A stretch of 64,000 nucleotides of DNA. Origin: Octopus sinensis (lineage: Eukaryota). The stretch is from assembly GCF_006345805.1 (NCBI RefSeq), contig NC_043000.1, forward strand, positions 153,574,001 to 153,638,000. The letters run 5' to 3'. Shown piece by piece: positions 24,955 through 38,290 of this stretch. Numbering within the stretch: the stretch's first letter is position 1; each line of letters opens with the position of its first letter. Made by a program: the position numbers and the translations under genes. Below the pieces are notes generated by a model. That model saw only the letters and a program-made list of their open reading frames with translations, did no database searches and was not told the DNA's origin.

Positions 24955-25283
24955 ATCGGCCCCAGTACGCTACTGGTACTTAATTTATCGACCCCGAAAG
25001 GATAAAGGCAAAGTCGACCTCGGCGGAATTTGAACTCAGAACGTAAACACAGAAGAAATACCTATTTCTTTATTACCCACAAGGAGCTAAAGATAGAGGG
25101 GACAAACAAGGACAGACATAGGTATTAAGTCGATTACATCGACCCCAGTGCGTAACTGGTACTTAATTTATCGACCCCGAAAGGATGAAAGGCAAAGTCG
25201 ACCTCGGTGGAATTTGAACTCACAACGTAACGGCAGACGAAATACCGCCCGGCGTGCTAACGTTTCTGCCAGCTCGCCACCTT
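24955..25283 (-). mobile_element. Two tandem SINE family B copies
   Basis: ccccgaaaggat(g)aaaggcaaagtcgacctcgg(c/t)ggaatttgaactc occurs twice. Confidence 0.9.
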
Positions 25284-25884
25284 ATTAAGAGTTATAATCA
25301 TAGAAGCTTTATGTATGATTTGTGTTGACCAAATGTATAGCACCTATATAAATTTATAATTTACTAGGTTAAGGTGACCCGCTCTACGCGTGGGTGAAGG
25401 TGTGGTTGTTACTTTCTGTTGCTTCCTTTCTGTTTCTTATCGCTACATTCTCCCTCTTTGTTTCTCTCTCACTTTCCCACTCTCTGACCCTTCTTTTCTC
25501 TCGGACTCTCCCTCGCTTTCTCTTACTTTCTATCTTTTTCTATCTATCACTCACTCTCCCATTTATAAAAAAACAAAAGATCTTGAGTAAGTTGAGAAAG
25601 ATCAATCATAAATATCAAACAGTGCCTTTTGCACGTGCCGCTATTTGAGTGATTAAAAATGGGGAATTTTTCGACGATTGACCATGCAAATGAAAGCTCT
25701 AAACACGGGCTACATACAGCTGTAAATTTCTTTCATAAAAAATGAAAACTGTAAACAATAAAAAAATAAAAGACAAAAATCTTCAAAAATCTTCAACTTC
25801 AAAAATCTTGCCTTAATTTTCAAAATTTCGGACCCATTTTTCGCACTTAAATTACAAATCCGCTTCCACTTTACCATGTTGAAA

Positions 25885-26361
25885 ATTTGATTGAAATCGG
25901 GCAAAAGGTGTCCAATATAGACCACCAAGTCTCCCCAAAAATCAATGAAACACCAACATAACCACAGTAGCGCCCCAAAACATCTCCCAATCAATTTCTT
26001 ACTTCAAGTTACCCCCTCCTGTAAATTTTAATCCCCTTCCAGCCCCATTTAGACCCCCTTTTTTTTTTACATAAAAGCCCAATTTGTATCAACGTTCGCT
26101 TTCTTCATTTTATAGATTAGATTATAGATTAGAAAAAAAAAATTGATTGAAATCGGGCAAAAGGTGTCCAATGTAGACTACCAAGTGTCCCCCAAATTCA
26201 ATAAAATCCATGTTTTCACACCAAAGCAACCGCTGTAGCGCCCCAAAACCTCTCCCAATCAATTTCTCACCTCAAGTTACCCCCTTCTGTAAATTTTGAT
26301 CCCCTTCCAGCCCCATTTACTCTCCCTTTTACATAAAAATCCAATTTGTATCAACGTTCGC
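25885..26361 (+). repeat. Diverged direct repeat, period about 256-262 bp (25885-26099 and 26141-26361)
   Basis: Both units run ttgattgaaatcgggcaaaaggtgtcc...gtagcgccccaaaa...ccccttccagccccattt...tttgtatcaacgttcgc. Confidence 0.9.
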
Positions 26362-26955
26362 CAGATTTGATAATAAACCTTTAATCACATCCCAAGACAA
26401 AAGTAAGAACAGTATGAAATTTCGGCTTTAATTGCTAATTCGACAGGTGTTGTTTAACTCTGCTTTACATATTGAGCAGTCTTGCTTGTGCTTAGTGTGT
26501 ATGTGTGTGAATATATATGTACACACACACAGACACACACACATATAAACTCATGTGTGTGTGTGGGGGGGGCATGTAAGTATATATTCATCTTATCTTA
26601 ATTTGCATATAAATTCAGTCGAACACGAAAATGAATAACACCTTAATTCCAGTAAAGTACCGAATTATGAGCACCAATACTTTCTTCATATTTAGGTCAA
26701 AAGGTAAAAGAATGGCGCGATCAACACAGATAGGGAAGTGCATAGTGGCCAGTGTCGTATAACAAAACATGAGGTCAGGTTATATATATATATGTATATA
26801 TGTATACATATATATATATATATATATATATATGTAAAGAAATATATATATATATAAATATATATAATACACACACACAGATAGATAGATAGACAGACAT
26901 ATACATGCGTATATATATATATAATAAAATATACATACATACCATACATACATAC

Positions 26956-27019
<64 letters not shown>

Positions 27020-27024
27020 CATAC

Positions 27025-27081
<57 letters not shown>

Positions 27082-27605
27082 TGTATATGCATACATACAT
27101 ACATACATACATATATTTTCACTTCTTATTTACACAGTTCTGCCTCTAATATATAAATTGGTAATCTGAATAAATATTCACACGTCGGCAATGACTGATA
27201 ATGCAATATACAACTATTTTCACATAACTAAAATATTCAGGCAGAGCGTTTATTGTACTTTTGCAGACAATCCAAACTTCAATATACATATAGCTAAATT
27301 GAAATCCAGATCTTGATTATGTACGTTGTAAAATTGTACATATAATGACAGTATTTCACTTGCTTATTCTTGCAAATGCCTACGTGATATTGTTGAAAAT
27401 TTAAAAACTTTTCATTATCGGGGCATGTGAAAGCTGTTACATTTTGCGGCATCTGCAAATTCAATTTGTATGGGAGATACAGATTCAATCTATAGCACTT
27501 GTATACGGTTCAGTTTGTGAAAATACATAACTGTCCGTATTGCCGTGTTGGACTATTTCTTAGTTGTATGATGGAAATTGAAATGCACAGACGTATGAGC
27601 ATGTA

Positions 27606-27654
<49 letters not shown>

Positions 27655-27973
27655 TGCCTTCGAAACACGCTAGAGTCGAACTAGTGACAGCTGATGAAGG
27701 GGATTTTTCCTTGTGTACTATGTCCTGTACTCTGTTTTTCTGTTATAAAAAAATGGTTTTTCCGTTTTCGTTTCTCGTCGAGTTCTACGTCTAGTTGTGG
27801 TGTCCTGTACTCACGTATATATATTTATATATGCATGTATATATACATGTAGATGTAGGTACGTACATATATGTTTGTATGTATGCATATATCTTATTTA
27901 TTACACACGCACACATATATATATATATATGTGAGTGTGTGTGTGTGTGTGTACGCTTACATGTATTTATGTA

Positions 27974-28430
27974 TACGTGGAGATACCCATAAGTAACAAG
28001 AATTGTTCTCTGTACGACGGACCCGTTGTAGTTCAAGCTTCCGCCGCTAGAAGCCACTTGATGTGACCTTCAGACATCAGCGTGCTGAAAGTTGTCGTCG
28101 GTTGGAGTCGCACTGCTACGAGGTAGTCTTTGTTTTGCATTGCTTCTCTTCTGTTTCTCGATTTTTGCGATGCCTGTAACGAAGAAACAGCGTGCTTCCG
28201 CGAAATTTTGTTTTCTGCTATGGAAAACGACGGCCGGAAAAGTTGCCATGCTTCAAACAGCTTACAAGGGCGCTGCCACGAGTAAAACATAAACTTACGA
28301 GTGGTTTTCGCGCATTAGGAATGGTCACTTGTTGCTTGAAGACCAACCGCGTTCAGGGCAATCATCAACCTCCCGGACAAATGAAAACATCATGAAAATT
28401 CATGAACTGATATTGGAGGACCGTCACTGA
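27974..28430 (+). mobile_element. Mariner relic, 5' part
   Basis: ATG at 28170: [84 protein letters not shown]. Confidence 0.85.
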
Positions 28431-28515
28431 TTTTGAAAGCTGGTGCTAAGGAATTTGCAGATGAGGAAATGGTTAAGAATAAACGACAGAGGCGTCAAGG
28501 TATATGCTCTGGTGA

Positions 28516-28622
<107 letters not shown>

Positions 28623-28709
28623 GCCTGTCTATCTATCTGCATGTCTGTCTGTCTTTCTGTCTATCTATCTGTCTATTGGTCTGTCTGTCTGTTTGCTTAT
28701 CTATCAAAC

Positions 28710-28751
<42 letters not shown>

Positions 28752-28876
28752 TATCACTGTATATATATATATATATATATAAATATATGTATATATATAT
28801 ATGCATATCACTGTATATATATATATATGCATATCACTGTATATATATATATATATTATATATATATATATATATA

Positions 28877-28910
<34 letters not shown>

Positions 28911-29344
28911 CGAACCACTAAGTTACGGGCAAATAAATGCTCCAGCAGAGGTTGTCGAAAGATAGCGGGGTGAGAGGAAAAATAAACACACGCCCGTGCG
29001 CGCGCACACACACACGCACACATAAATATATATGACGGGCTTTTTTCAATTTCTGTCTACCAAATACACTCATATATATATAGATACGTATACATATATA
29101 CATGCATGTATGTATATTATTTATATATGCGTTTAAATTACATTTTATTTGGTGCCTGTCGCTTATATCACGAGTCGTTCGTATAAGTCATTAACTTCCA
29201 GAATAAGCAATAACAGACTTGAACTGTATCGTTTCTAACTTAGGCAAAATGCTAAAACATTTAGAAGAGAACGCAGTTGTATACATCTGGTCTGTTTTGT
29301 AGGCGATATATATTTTGTCTCTTCAGGATGTACGAAAGTCAGCG

Positions 29345-29435
29345 CTGATTCCAGAAGAATGTAAAACAGTCGTCCTAAAACTGGCAAAACCAGCCCATCT
29401 CGTCAAAAATATTAGTCATATCTCACTATTGTTTA
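29345..29435 (+). pseudogene. LINE reverse-transcriptase N-terminal fragment (I/Jockey-like)
   Basis: LIPEECKTVVLKLAKPAHLVKNISHISLL resembles IP..WK...V.PI.KPGK......YRPISLL. Confidence 0.5.
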
Positions 29436-29449
29436 TTGAATAGAAGGTG

Positions 29450-29730
29450 AAGGAGCGTGGTTTAGCGGTGAGAGTATTCAGCTCGTGAGTTCGATTCCCC
29501 GCGAAAAATTGTGTCCTTGAACAAGACACTTCATTTTACGTTGCTCCAGTTCACTAAGCTGGCAAAAATGAGTTGCATTCAATGGGTCAGCGTGGTCACA
29601 TTCTGCGTCATGCTGATTATCCTTCAGAATGACGTTAAGAGTGCTCAGCGTCTTGCAAGTAAACTTCACGAGGAGGTTGTTCCGTTGACTGAAACAGCTG
29701 GAATACTCGTCATCGTAACTGAAAGAGTGA
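29450..29730 (+). mobile_element. SINE family D (tRNA head, CORE-like), diverged
   Basis: gtgagttcgattcccc...tgtgtccttgaacaagacact...gttgctccagttcactaagctggcaaaaatgagt matches 62954-63275. Confidence 0.8.
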
Positions 29731-29761
29731 CAATTTTGGTAGAAGACAAAGTTTGCAACTA

Positions 29762-30793
29762 TCAGGTCATCCCATAGGTTCTGTCCGATTTTACCTTTTT
29801 TTTTAAATTGAAAGAAATTTAATAGCATTTTAGAATGTCTAATGGAATTAAAAATTATTTTTATGAATTTGTGTACATTTAAACTAATTAAATATTATTT
29901 TATAGAATAATATAATTAAAATTTCTTTGATTAAAGCTCTTTCTAAGATGGGAGAATCCAAAGAGCATTTGAGTACAAATGCTTTATGAGTACAAAAAAG
30001 GAAACTGCAGCCGAAGCGACTCGGAACTTGGGAAATGGATGCCTCATGAATTGTCCGAAAGCAACCGCAAATCCCGAGTTGACATCAGCTTTTCTCTCCA
30101 TTCTCACGAACTCATTTTACCCTTTTTGGATAGATTTGTGACTGGTGACGAAAAATGGATCTTTTATCGAAATGTTAAACGTCGTAAATAGTGGCTTCGT
30201 AAAAGGGAAAAAGCTCAACCACAAGCGAGAAGGAAACTTCATGAGAAAAAGGTTGTTCTCTGTATCCGGTGAAATTGCAAAGGAGTAATTCACTTTGAAT
30301 TGTTACCACCTAATGCAACAATCACTGCTCAAGTCTTCTGTCAGCAATTAGAGCATTTGAACCAAGCTTTGAAGAAAAAAAGACCCGCTTTAGTGAATCG
30401 AAAACGAGTGACGTTTAGCCAGGACAATGCGCGACTCCACACTGCAAAGATCACATCACAGAAGATCGAAGAGCTTGGTTGGAAGAAATTCCTCATCCAC
30501 CTTATTCTTCCGACATTGCTCCTTCAGACTACCATTTGTTTCGTAGTTTACAGAATCAATTGGGGGATATAACTTTCACAAGCCTGGAAGAGGTCGAAAC
30601 TGACATTTCAAAGTTCTTCACTTTGAAACCAAAAGAGTTTTACATTGATGGGATTAAAATGCTTGTCAATAGATGGAAGGAAGTCATAGATAATCAGGGA
30701 AAGCACATTGATGATTAAATTTCAATTAAATAAAACATTTGATTACTTGTTTTCTTTATTCAAAATTCGGACAGAACTTATGGGATGACCTGA
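29762..30793 (+). mobile_element. Mariner (D,D34D) with both TIRs and TA target duplication; internal deletion of the DNA-binding region
   Basis: TA|TCAGGTCATCCCATAGGTTCTGTCCGA...TCGGACAGAACTTATGGGATGACCTGA|TA; GKWMPHEL, FVTGDEKWIFY, QDNARLH, PHPPYSSDIAPSDYHLF; 34 residues between the last two Asp after correcting one frameshift; stops present. Confidence 0.95.
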
Positions 30794-31883
30794 TAAATAA
30801 TTCTGCTTTTTTGCCGTAGAGTAGGAAAAGATTTATATAGTAAGTTGTTGATCCCCACTTTTCAAACCGTATATCACCTTCCCTGAAAGAAATACTGATT
30901 TAAGACCAGAATGTATAAGAACATCACTAAATATACAAAAGACTTTTTGTCATTTATAATTCTAAATCTCGTTCACGTCGATCTCTGCTTAAAGTAACAA
31001 ATACTCAATAACGAACAAAGTTTGTCCACTAATAGGTATCAACAATATAAATTTAGTTATTAGTACAAATACATGTTCGTATTTTATTTTCAGAGACACA
31101 GATTTAAGATAGACTTGCGGTGTGTAATTTTAATAAACATACTTTTATCTTCGAGGTAGGTAATTTTCCCTTTCATGTTCACGAATAATTAAAAAGGAAA
31201 AGATAAAGGAGATGACCCTGTTAATATATTTTAGTTAGTCTCGAATCATAGACACATGAGGTTAGCTATCCAGATTTCTAGTAGCTGAGATCAGAACATT
31301 TCCCCTGAATGAGACGTCGACCAATCGAATGTCACCTGTATACCAGAGGAAGGTAACTCATTTTTATGGTAACACAAAGAATAAATAATAGCATATGGCT
31401 ATTCATATTGTACAAAAAACAGGGAAGAACAGGTGTTAGCTTGCCCCACTTTGCATAACAGTACAAGTTTTGGCAACCAACAAGTAATAATTAACTAAGA
31501 AAAGCACTTGAAAGTGCATTTTTATACAAATGTAGCACATCAGCGCGCGAGTGTGTGCTAGTTTTTTTTTTTTAAGCGCACGCTTTTAGCTTTGCTGTGT
31601 TGAAAAGTAGATTTCATGTTTAGAGTATGATCGGTTTGACTGAAGTTGGTTTTCCCGTTTCAGTACATGCAATCTACAAACGCTTATATATATATATATA
31701 TATATAAACTTATATCCTCTTTCAGACTGTTGACTATATCATCATTAGGGATATAAGATACTGAATATTTATATGGGAAGAATGGCTGGAATTTAGGCAA
31801 GTGTGTGACTTCTACTATTGCCACAGTTCTACCAATGCGTCAGAAGTGAATTTATTTAAAGGAAACTGCTTAGAAGCTCGTAG

Positions 31884-31956
<73 letters not shown>

Positions 31957-32381
31957 TGTGTGTGAGTATGTGAGTTGTGTTTGTGTTTGTCTTTTACAGC
32001 ATGCCAACCAATATTGGTTTGTTTATGGCGACAGTAAAGACCGATAGACCGACATTAAAAGTATCAAATTTAAGCTAATTTAATCGAGTACCGCTTGAAA
32101 ATGGCATACCAGTATGATTGCACCCAATGATTTAAACATGTGAAATAGTAAAAACGTAAAAGCATAAATGTATTTGTGCATTCGTGTGTGGTTTTATACG
32201 AATGGAGGTATGCAAACGAAAGCTGATTAGCCAGAGCTGGAGTGAATTTTAAACATTATGAAGGCCAACAACAGAATATTCTATTCATATTCATAGGTTA
32301 CCAGTATAAGAGTTCACAGTTTCTTGAAATATATACAACGACAAGCGGAATGTTGCTGCCATCGTCGTCGCTTCTACCAAT

Positions 32382-32593
32382 TCTCTTTTACTCTCTTTTA
32401 CTTGTTTCAGTCATTTGACTGCGACCATGCTGGAGCACCGCCTTTAGTCGAGCAAATCAGCCCCGGGACTTATTCTTTGTAAGCCCAGTACTTATTCTAT
32501 TGGCCTCTTTTGCTGAACCGCTAAGTGACGGGGACGTAAACACACCAGCATCGGTTGTCAAGCGATGCTAGAGGGACAAACACAGACACACAA

Positions 32594-32648
<55 letters not shown>

Positions 32649-32822
32649 TATACACATATACGACAGGCTTCTTTCAGTTTCCGTCAACCAAATCCACTCA
32701 CAAGGCATTGGTCAGCCCGGGGCTATAGCAGAAGACACTTGCCCAAGATGCCACGCAGTGGGACTTAACCCGGAACCATGTGGTTGGTTAGCAAGCTACT
32801 TACCACACAGCCACTCCTGCGC
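32382..32822 (-). mobile_element. Full-length SINE family A
   Basis: Aligns to the other A copies. Confidence 0.9.
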
Positions 32823-32993
32823 CTATTGTATATTTCTATCTCACAGTTCTTTGCTCACACGCTCACTCTTTCGAAATATATGTATGTTTATGTCTATATG
32901 TTTGAATATGTTTTCATGCGCCTTTGTATGTGTGTATGCGTTTTTGTATTCACTATCAAATATGAGATATATGTCTGTGTTACATACATATAT

Positions 32994-33298
32994 CACGTGA
33001 CCACGTGACCGACCAGACCATCAGATTTAGTTACACATCGCTGGTCACAATGCGTTCGCATTGTTTTAGCCTTCGAATGAGGCCACCCCGCTGGCTAAGC
33101 GAGCAGGCCAACAGAAGAACGAGTGACAGAAAGACTGGTGAAAGGGTACAGCAGGGATCACCACCCCCTGCCGGAACCTCGTGGAGCTTTTAGGTGTTTT
33201 CGCTCAATAAACACACACAACGCCCGGTATGGGAATCGAAACCGCGATCCTACGACCGCGAGTCCGCTGCCCTAACCACTGGGCCATTGCGCCTCCAC
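32994..33298 (-). mobile_element. SINE family C (tRNA-derived) with 12-bp TSD
   Basis: Minus head GGAGGCGCAATGGCCCAGTGGTTAGGGCAGCGGACTCGCGGTCGTAGGATCGCGGTTTCGATTCCC; flanking direct repeat ACATACATATAT at 32982-32993 and 33299-33310 (low complexity). Confidence 0.9.
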
Positions 33299-33816
33299 AC
33301 ATACATATATACGCATACATATTTATGAATAAAAATACATACCTTAGTGCCACTGTTTTTGTACACAGAGTGGAGTTTGAGTGTTTGGGAATGTGTGTGT
33401 GTTTGTGTGTATAAGTGTCTGTGTACGCCTGTGTGCGTATGGGTGTGTTTGCGTGTATTGCGTATATGATTAGGTATATATGTTCATATACGAGGAGACC
33501 ACCACACACACATATGTAATATGATTTCAATAGTTTCCAAACTTGGTGTAGTGATTAAAATTCCTCTAATTCCATCCAACACATCACATGTGTTTAGATG
33601 AATAGAAATATATGAATGTATGTATGTATATGTATATGTATATATATGTATGTATGTATGTATGTATGCATGTATGTATGCATGTATATATATGTGTATG
33701 TATGCATGTATGTATGCATGTATGTATGTATGCATGTATGTATGCATGTATGTATGTATGTACATATATATATACATACACACATATGCATATATATATT
33801 ATATATATATATATAT

Positions 33817-33854
<38 letters not shown>

Positions 33855-33900
33855 GTATATATGTATATATATTCATACAAATATGCATATATATTTATAT

Positions 33901-33961
<61 letters not shown>

Positions 33962-34766
33962 CTCGTATATTTGTGTTAGGGAGAATAAGAAACGTAGATG
34001 TTAAATCTAGTGACATTATGTACGATTATGATAAACAACTATAACTGCACGCCGTTTACACAGTCACACGTGTACCCACATATGACGGTCTTATTACTGA
34101 ACCTCAAGAAAGCTAAAGAAAGTTGCTGCTTGTCTTCGGTTTAATCGAAGTATTCATCAAATGTTAGACAACACTCACTTAGATAAAGCGATGGTGTATT
34201 GTCAGTAAAATTACACTGCTAAGTTTTTTTTTTTATGCAAGTATCCAGTATGTTAAATACGGGCTTCTTATTTTGATAAGTGTAGCTCGAGTAATTCAGT
34301 CAATGATAAGATCTCGATTCTCGTCTATCATTTCACTTCACTTAAATTAATAAATATATTGCACATAATCTCAACAGTTATCTCTGATAGACATAATTAT
34401 ACAAATGCATATACCAGGTATTTAAGATTCCTGAGTAAATATATGCACACGATCACATACACTTGCGTCAGAAATTAATTAGCACTTTTCAAATTTCTAC
34501 ATTAAATAGGTTAAATCAATTAACCTATGAGCTGTTCAAAACGTCTTACGCGATGAGAAAACTTAGTATGGTGTGATTTCGGTCCTTGCGAGGCGCTACC
34601 TATATCTATTAAACAGAGGAAGATTTGTCTGCATCCGCACTCCAAGTTGTTGTTGCACTGCTATGTCAACATCATAAGGCTGTAGACTCTCAAACTGCTC
34701 TGCAAACAAAGTTGTGTCATCGTTCTGCGCAACAGTGAACTCGCAACAAAGCAATAGTTCGAGATA

Positions 34767-34785
34767 TGGCCACTAGGTGACAGCA
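34767..34785 (+). promoter_or_regulatory. CTCF-like motif
   Basis: TGGCCACTAGGTGACAGCA vs core consensus CCAC(C/T)AG(G/A)(G/T)GGC(A/G); one core mismatch; lies in a comparatively GC-rich stretch with no repeat I recognise. Confidence 0.25.
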
Positions 34786-34989
34786 CATACCTTGAGTGAA
34801 GAGCAAATCAAGGGTGCTAATTAATTTCTGACGGTAGTGTATACATATAGAATACATATCAACATAAAGACGACTAAAACACTTGTGTCGTACTATTGCA
34901 CACACATCCTCGAGTGCCAGTTTATTCACACGCGCACACAGCTCACACATAAATGCATCTCAAAATCGCTTTGTGCCTAGATAAAAAGC

Positions 34990-35575
34990 TATTATTATTT
35001 TGGTTTGCATCAGGTTCAGTCTTATATCTGGTCGGGTTTATGTGGCTAGCGTGTTACAACCTGTAGCCTTAGGTATTCACAATTTTTCAGGAGTCTTTTA
35101 AATGCTTAAAACCCTCCTGATAATTCTTGTTGCCCCTAAAAGACAAAATTTCTGTAGAAGCTCCACAGAGCATTTCATTTCAATCTCCTTCAGCCATTTG
35201 TCTATATCTCCATATATGTTTTTCTCAAATTGTTTAGTTTTATCCCTTGATCTTAGGCTGCTACAATTAGGCTGTCTGTTTCTTCTTTTAATTGCCCTAT
35301 TTTTTTTAACCAAACCGAGATTTTTGTCCCTCACTGACTTTCCAATATTGGCCATTTCGAGGTTTCTCTGCAATCTATCTGACGTGCCCTCTCTGAATTT
35401 CATTCTTGTCTTTTTCTCCTATTACACGCTTGATCACCTCTTCTTTATTTACTGTCTCTAGCAGTTTGTCGGTGCTGTTCTGTAAATACTCCACTAAACT
35501 TTTTCTTTCTATTTGTACACATTCTTCAACTGCTATTAAGTCTCTTCCACCCTGTGGAATTCCAATAATTCAAAT
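34990..35575 (-). mobile_element. R4/Dong-like LINE remnant with internal deletion
   Basis: Minus strand IPQGGRDLIAVEECVQIERKSLVEYLQNSTDKLLETVNKEEV, then the C-terminal DKWLKEIEMKCSVELLQKFCLLGATRIIRRVLSI*; AAT-type sequence at both ends. Confidence 0.75.
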
Positions 35576-35587
35576 AATTATTATTAT

Positions 35588-35940
35588 TGTCACCTCCGCC
35601 TTAACGAAGGCGGAGGTATTGTTTTTCAGTCGTATTTCTTTGTTTGTTTGTCCGTGGACAAGATATCTGAAAAACCGCTGGATGGATTCGGATGAAACTT
35701 TCAGGGATGTTTGCCCTTGTGACTGGCACGAGCCTTATTAGATTTTGGGATCGATCCGATACCGGTCAATGATTCTGGATTATTTTTCCTGTTTTTTCTT
35801 TTACTTAATTTTTGAGAGCGGTCGAGTTCATTTTAATATTCTCGTTTGTGAGAGAATATTCTTATTTTAAGAATTATCTCTGGCTAATCGTGGAGAGGAA
35901 GTTGGTGTTGCCTTGGCGGAGGTTTGTACTCTCTAAAGGT
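35588..35940 (+). mobile_element. Helentron-associated non-autonomous element (DINE-1/HINE-like)
   Basis: 5' hairpin ACCTCCGCC-ttaacgaa-GGCGGAGGT (35592-35617), short (TTTG) run, 3' subterminal GGCGGAGGT (35915-35923). Confidence 0.55.
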
Positions 35941-36294
35941 TGTTGTTGTTGTTGTTGTTATTATTATTATGATTATTATTAATATTATTATTATTATTTT
36001 ATGTTTGACTTTTGCTTTGCATTTGTACAAGTTGGCTCCAAGGCCCACCAAAAGACCTCAAGCGACAACAAGTTCGAAGTTCATGTTGGTTCTATGCCCT
36101 GGGTGCCATATATTTGGCTTTGCACATAGTATTGTTCTAAAGAATATTTAAGAAACCATAAGAAAATGATGAATTTGTTTTAAAATTTGAGATTACTTAG
36201 TATTTTACGTAGGATATTGGCAGTTCCCATGAACACAGTTAGTTAAGATCGGAAGTCATGAAAGCCACTGTCTGGTAGTGCATCAGGGCAGTTA

Positions 36295-36420
<126 letters not shown>

Positions 36421-37118
36421 TTTCTTTGTTTTAATTAAGCAGAGTCTTTGTCATGGCTTCGCCAGTAAGAAAAAAACTCAGATTTGATTTCGCAAGATTG
36501 TGACGAATAGTTATAACCGAAGGTGAGAGAATTGTTTCAATGTAAAGGCGAACGGCGATGTTCTTCGACATTTTAATTATTGTAGGTTGTGGAAAGCTTA
36601 TTGTACTTTCCACGAGAAGGAATAAAAAGTCAAATAAGACAAGTCGAACTGAATCTTTTGAGTATGAACTGTTCAAAGTAGAAAGGTAGAAAATATTTCA
36701 GAAGGCAGGATTTTAATACTAACTTTTAATATGGGAAGTTAAATGAATGTCGTTAAGTATCCATTTCTGAGAATGCTCAGAATATTTTCGAAATCCACAA
36801 ACCTTAAATAAGAGCATTCCAAAATCTGTTATTTTTCAACCTTCGAATCATGTTCGGAATACTTGAAATGCTATTTGTTTCTCTCCAAGTAAGAAATGTA
36901 TCACAAAATAACATATTAAAACGGTAATAGCAATGTGTCAAAATATAGAGTCGGTCACTGCTTCTCGGTGTATGGGAGCCGAAGGGTCCAAATTCTTGCG
37001 AAATATGCGAAAGAACACAAAGAAAACACGTGTTAAGACAAAATAGCAAAGAAGGTGCTGAAATGTTTCAATTAAATGGAAAAACACGTGGAATTCTTAC
37101 ATGATAATGATAGAAATA

Positions 37119-37248
37119 AGAATCGACGTTATCAGCATACATGATTTTAGTGATATATGTATATATATATATATATATGTGTGTGGGTGTGTGTGTGTGT
37201 GTGTATATATGTGAATATATGTGTATATGTATATATATATATATGTAT

Positions 37249-37309
<61 letters not shown>

Positions 37310-37356
37310 ATACACATATATTCATTAAAATCATGTATGCTGATAACGTCGATTCT
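37119..37356. repeat. 35-bp inverted repeat enclosing a TA/TG microsatellite spacer
   Basis: 37119-37153 (agaatcgacgttatcagcatacatgattttagtga) vs 37322-37356, one mismatch. Confidence 0.9.
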
Positions 37357-37885
37357 ACATGCATATACATATATATACATATATATACAACATATATATA
37401 TGTCTACTGTATTTTTAAATAATAGCATGAAATTCAATATAAAAAAATTTCTGACGAAGATATATATGTCTAAAATAGTATTGAATTGAAAATATGTGTA
37501 ATTATATGAAAGATGACAGTTTAAAAATTTGTTAATTAATGCATCTTACGATCTTTTCACGAAAGTATTTTCGTTATAATGGAATCTGTTTTTGATACAC
37601 ATTGATAGACAATATTTCCGCTCGTCAGATATGGAGAAGGTAAAGATTTTATAACAAATCGAATGTTGTTTTAAAATTAGAAAAATATATGAGAAGGTAT
37701 TTTTGAAAGAATAGATTAAAAGTTACTGGTTTAGATTTATGCAGGTAGACTTGGGTAAGAAAATTTAAAGTTTGTATATATATACATATATATATCCTTG
37801 GTAAGTTCATCTCAGTAATCTATTGACAGGTTTTGATTTATGCAGATAGACTTTGATAAGAAAATTTCAAGTTTGCATATATATA

Positions 37886-38290
37886 CGCAGGAGTGGCTGT
37901 GTGGTAAGTAGCTTGTTTACCAATCGCATGGTTCCGGGTTCAGTCCCACTGCGTGGCACCTTGGGTAAGTGTCTTCTACTATAGCCTCGGGCCGACCAAA
38001 GCCTTGTGAGTGGATTTGGTAGACGGAAACTGGAAGAAGCCCGTCGTATATATGTATATATATATGCGTGTGTGTGTTTGTGTGTTTGTGTTTGTCCCCC
38101 TAGCATTGCTTGACAACCGATGCTGGTGTGTTTATGTTCCCGTTACTTAGCGGTTCGGCAAAAGAGACCGATAGAATAAGTACTGGGCTTACAAAAGAAT
38201 AAGTCCCGGGGTCGAGTTGCTCGATTAAAGGCGGTGCTCCAGCATGGCCGCAGTCAAATGACTGAAACAAGTAAAAGAAAAAAAAAAAAG
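37886..38290 (+). mobile_element. Full-length SINE family A inserted in the second unit of a ~101-bp tandem repeat
   Basis: gatttatgcag at 37734 and 37835; the unit resumes as atccttggtaa at 38301. Confidence 0.9.

Noticed and set aside
27294-27488. TAFTCP peptide reminiscent of Ty3/gypsy RT
   Set aside because: Only six residues; no downstream RT motifs or LTRs
33225-33298. tRNA-like sequences at SINE heads (also 1364, 41855, 63200)
   Set aside because: They continue directly into SINE bodies, some with TSDs, so they are not tRNA genes
37430-37635. CTGACGA motifs at about 37451 (plus) and 37622-37628 (minus)
   Set aside because: The first lacks G12 and the cleavage geometry; the second lacks stem I and a real stem II
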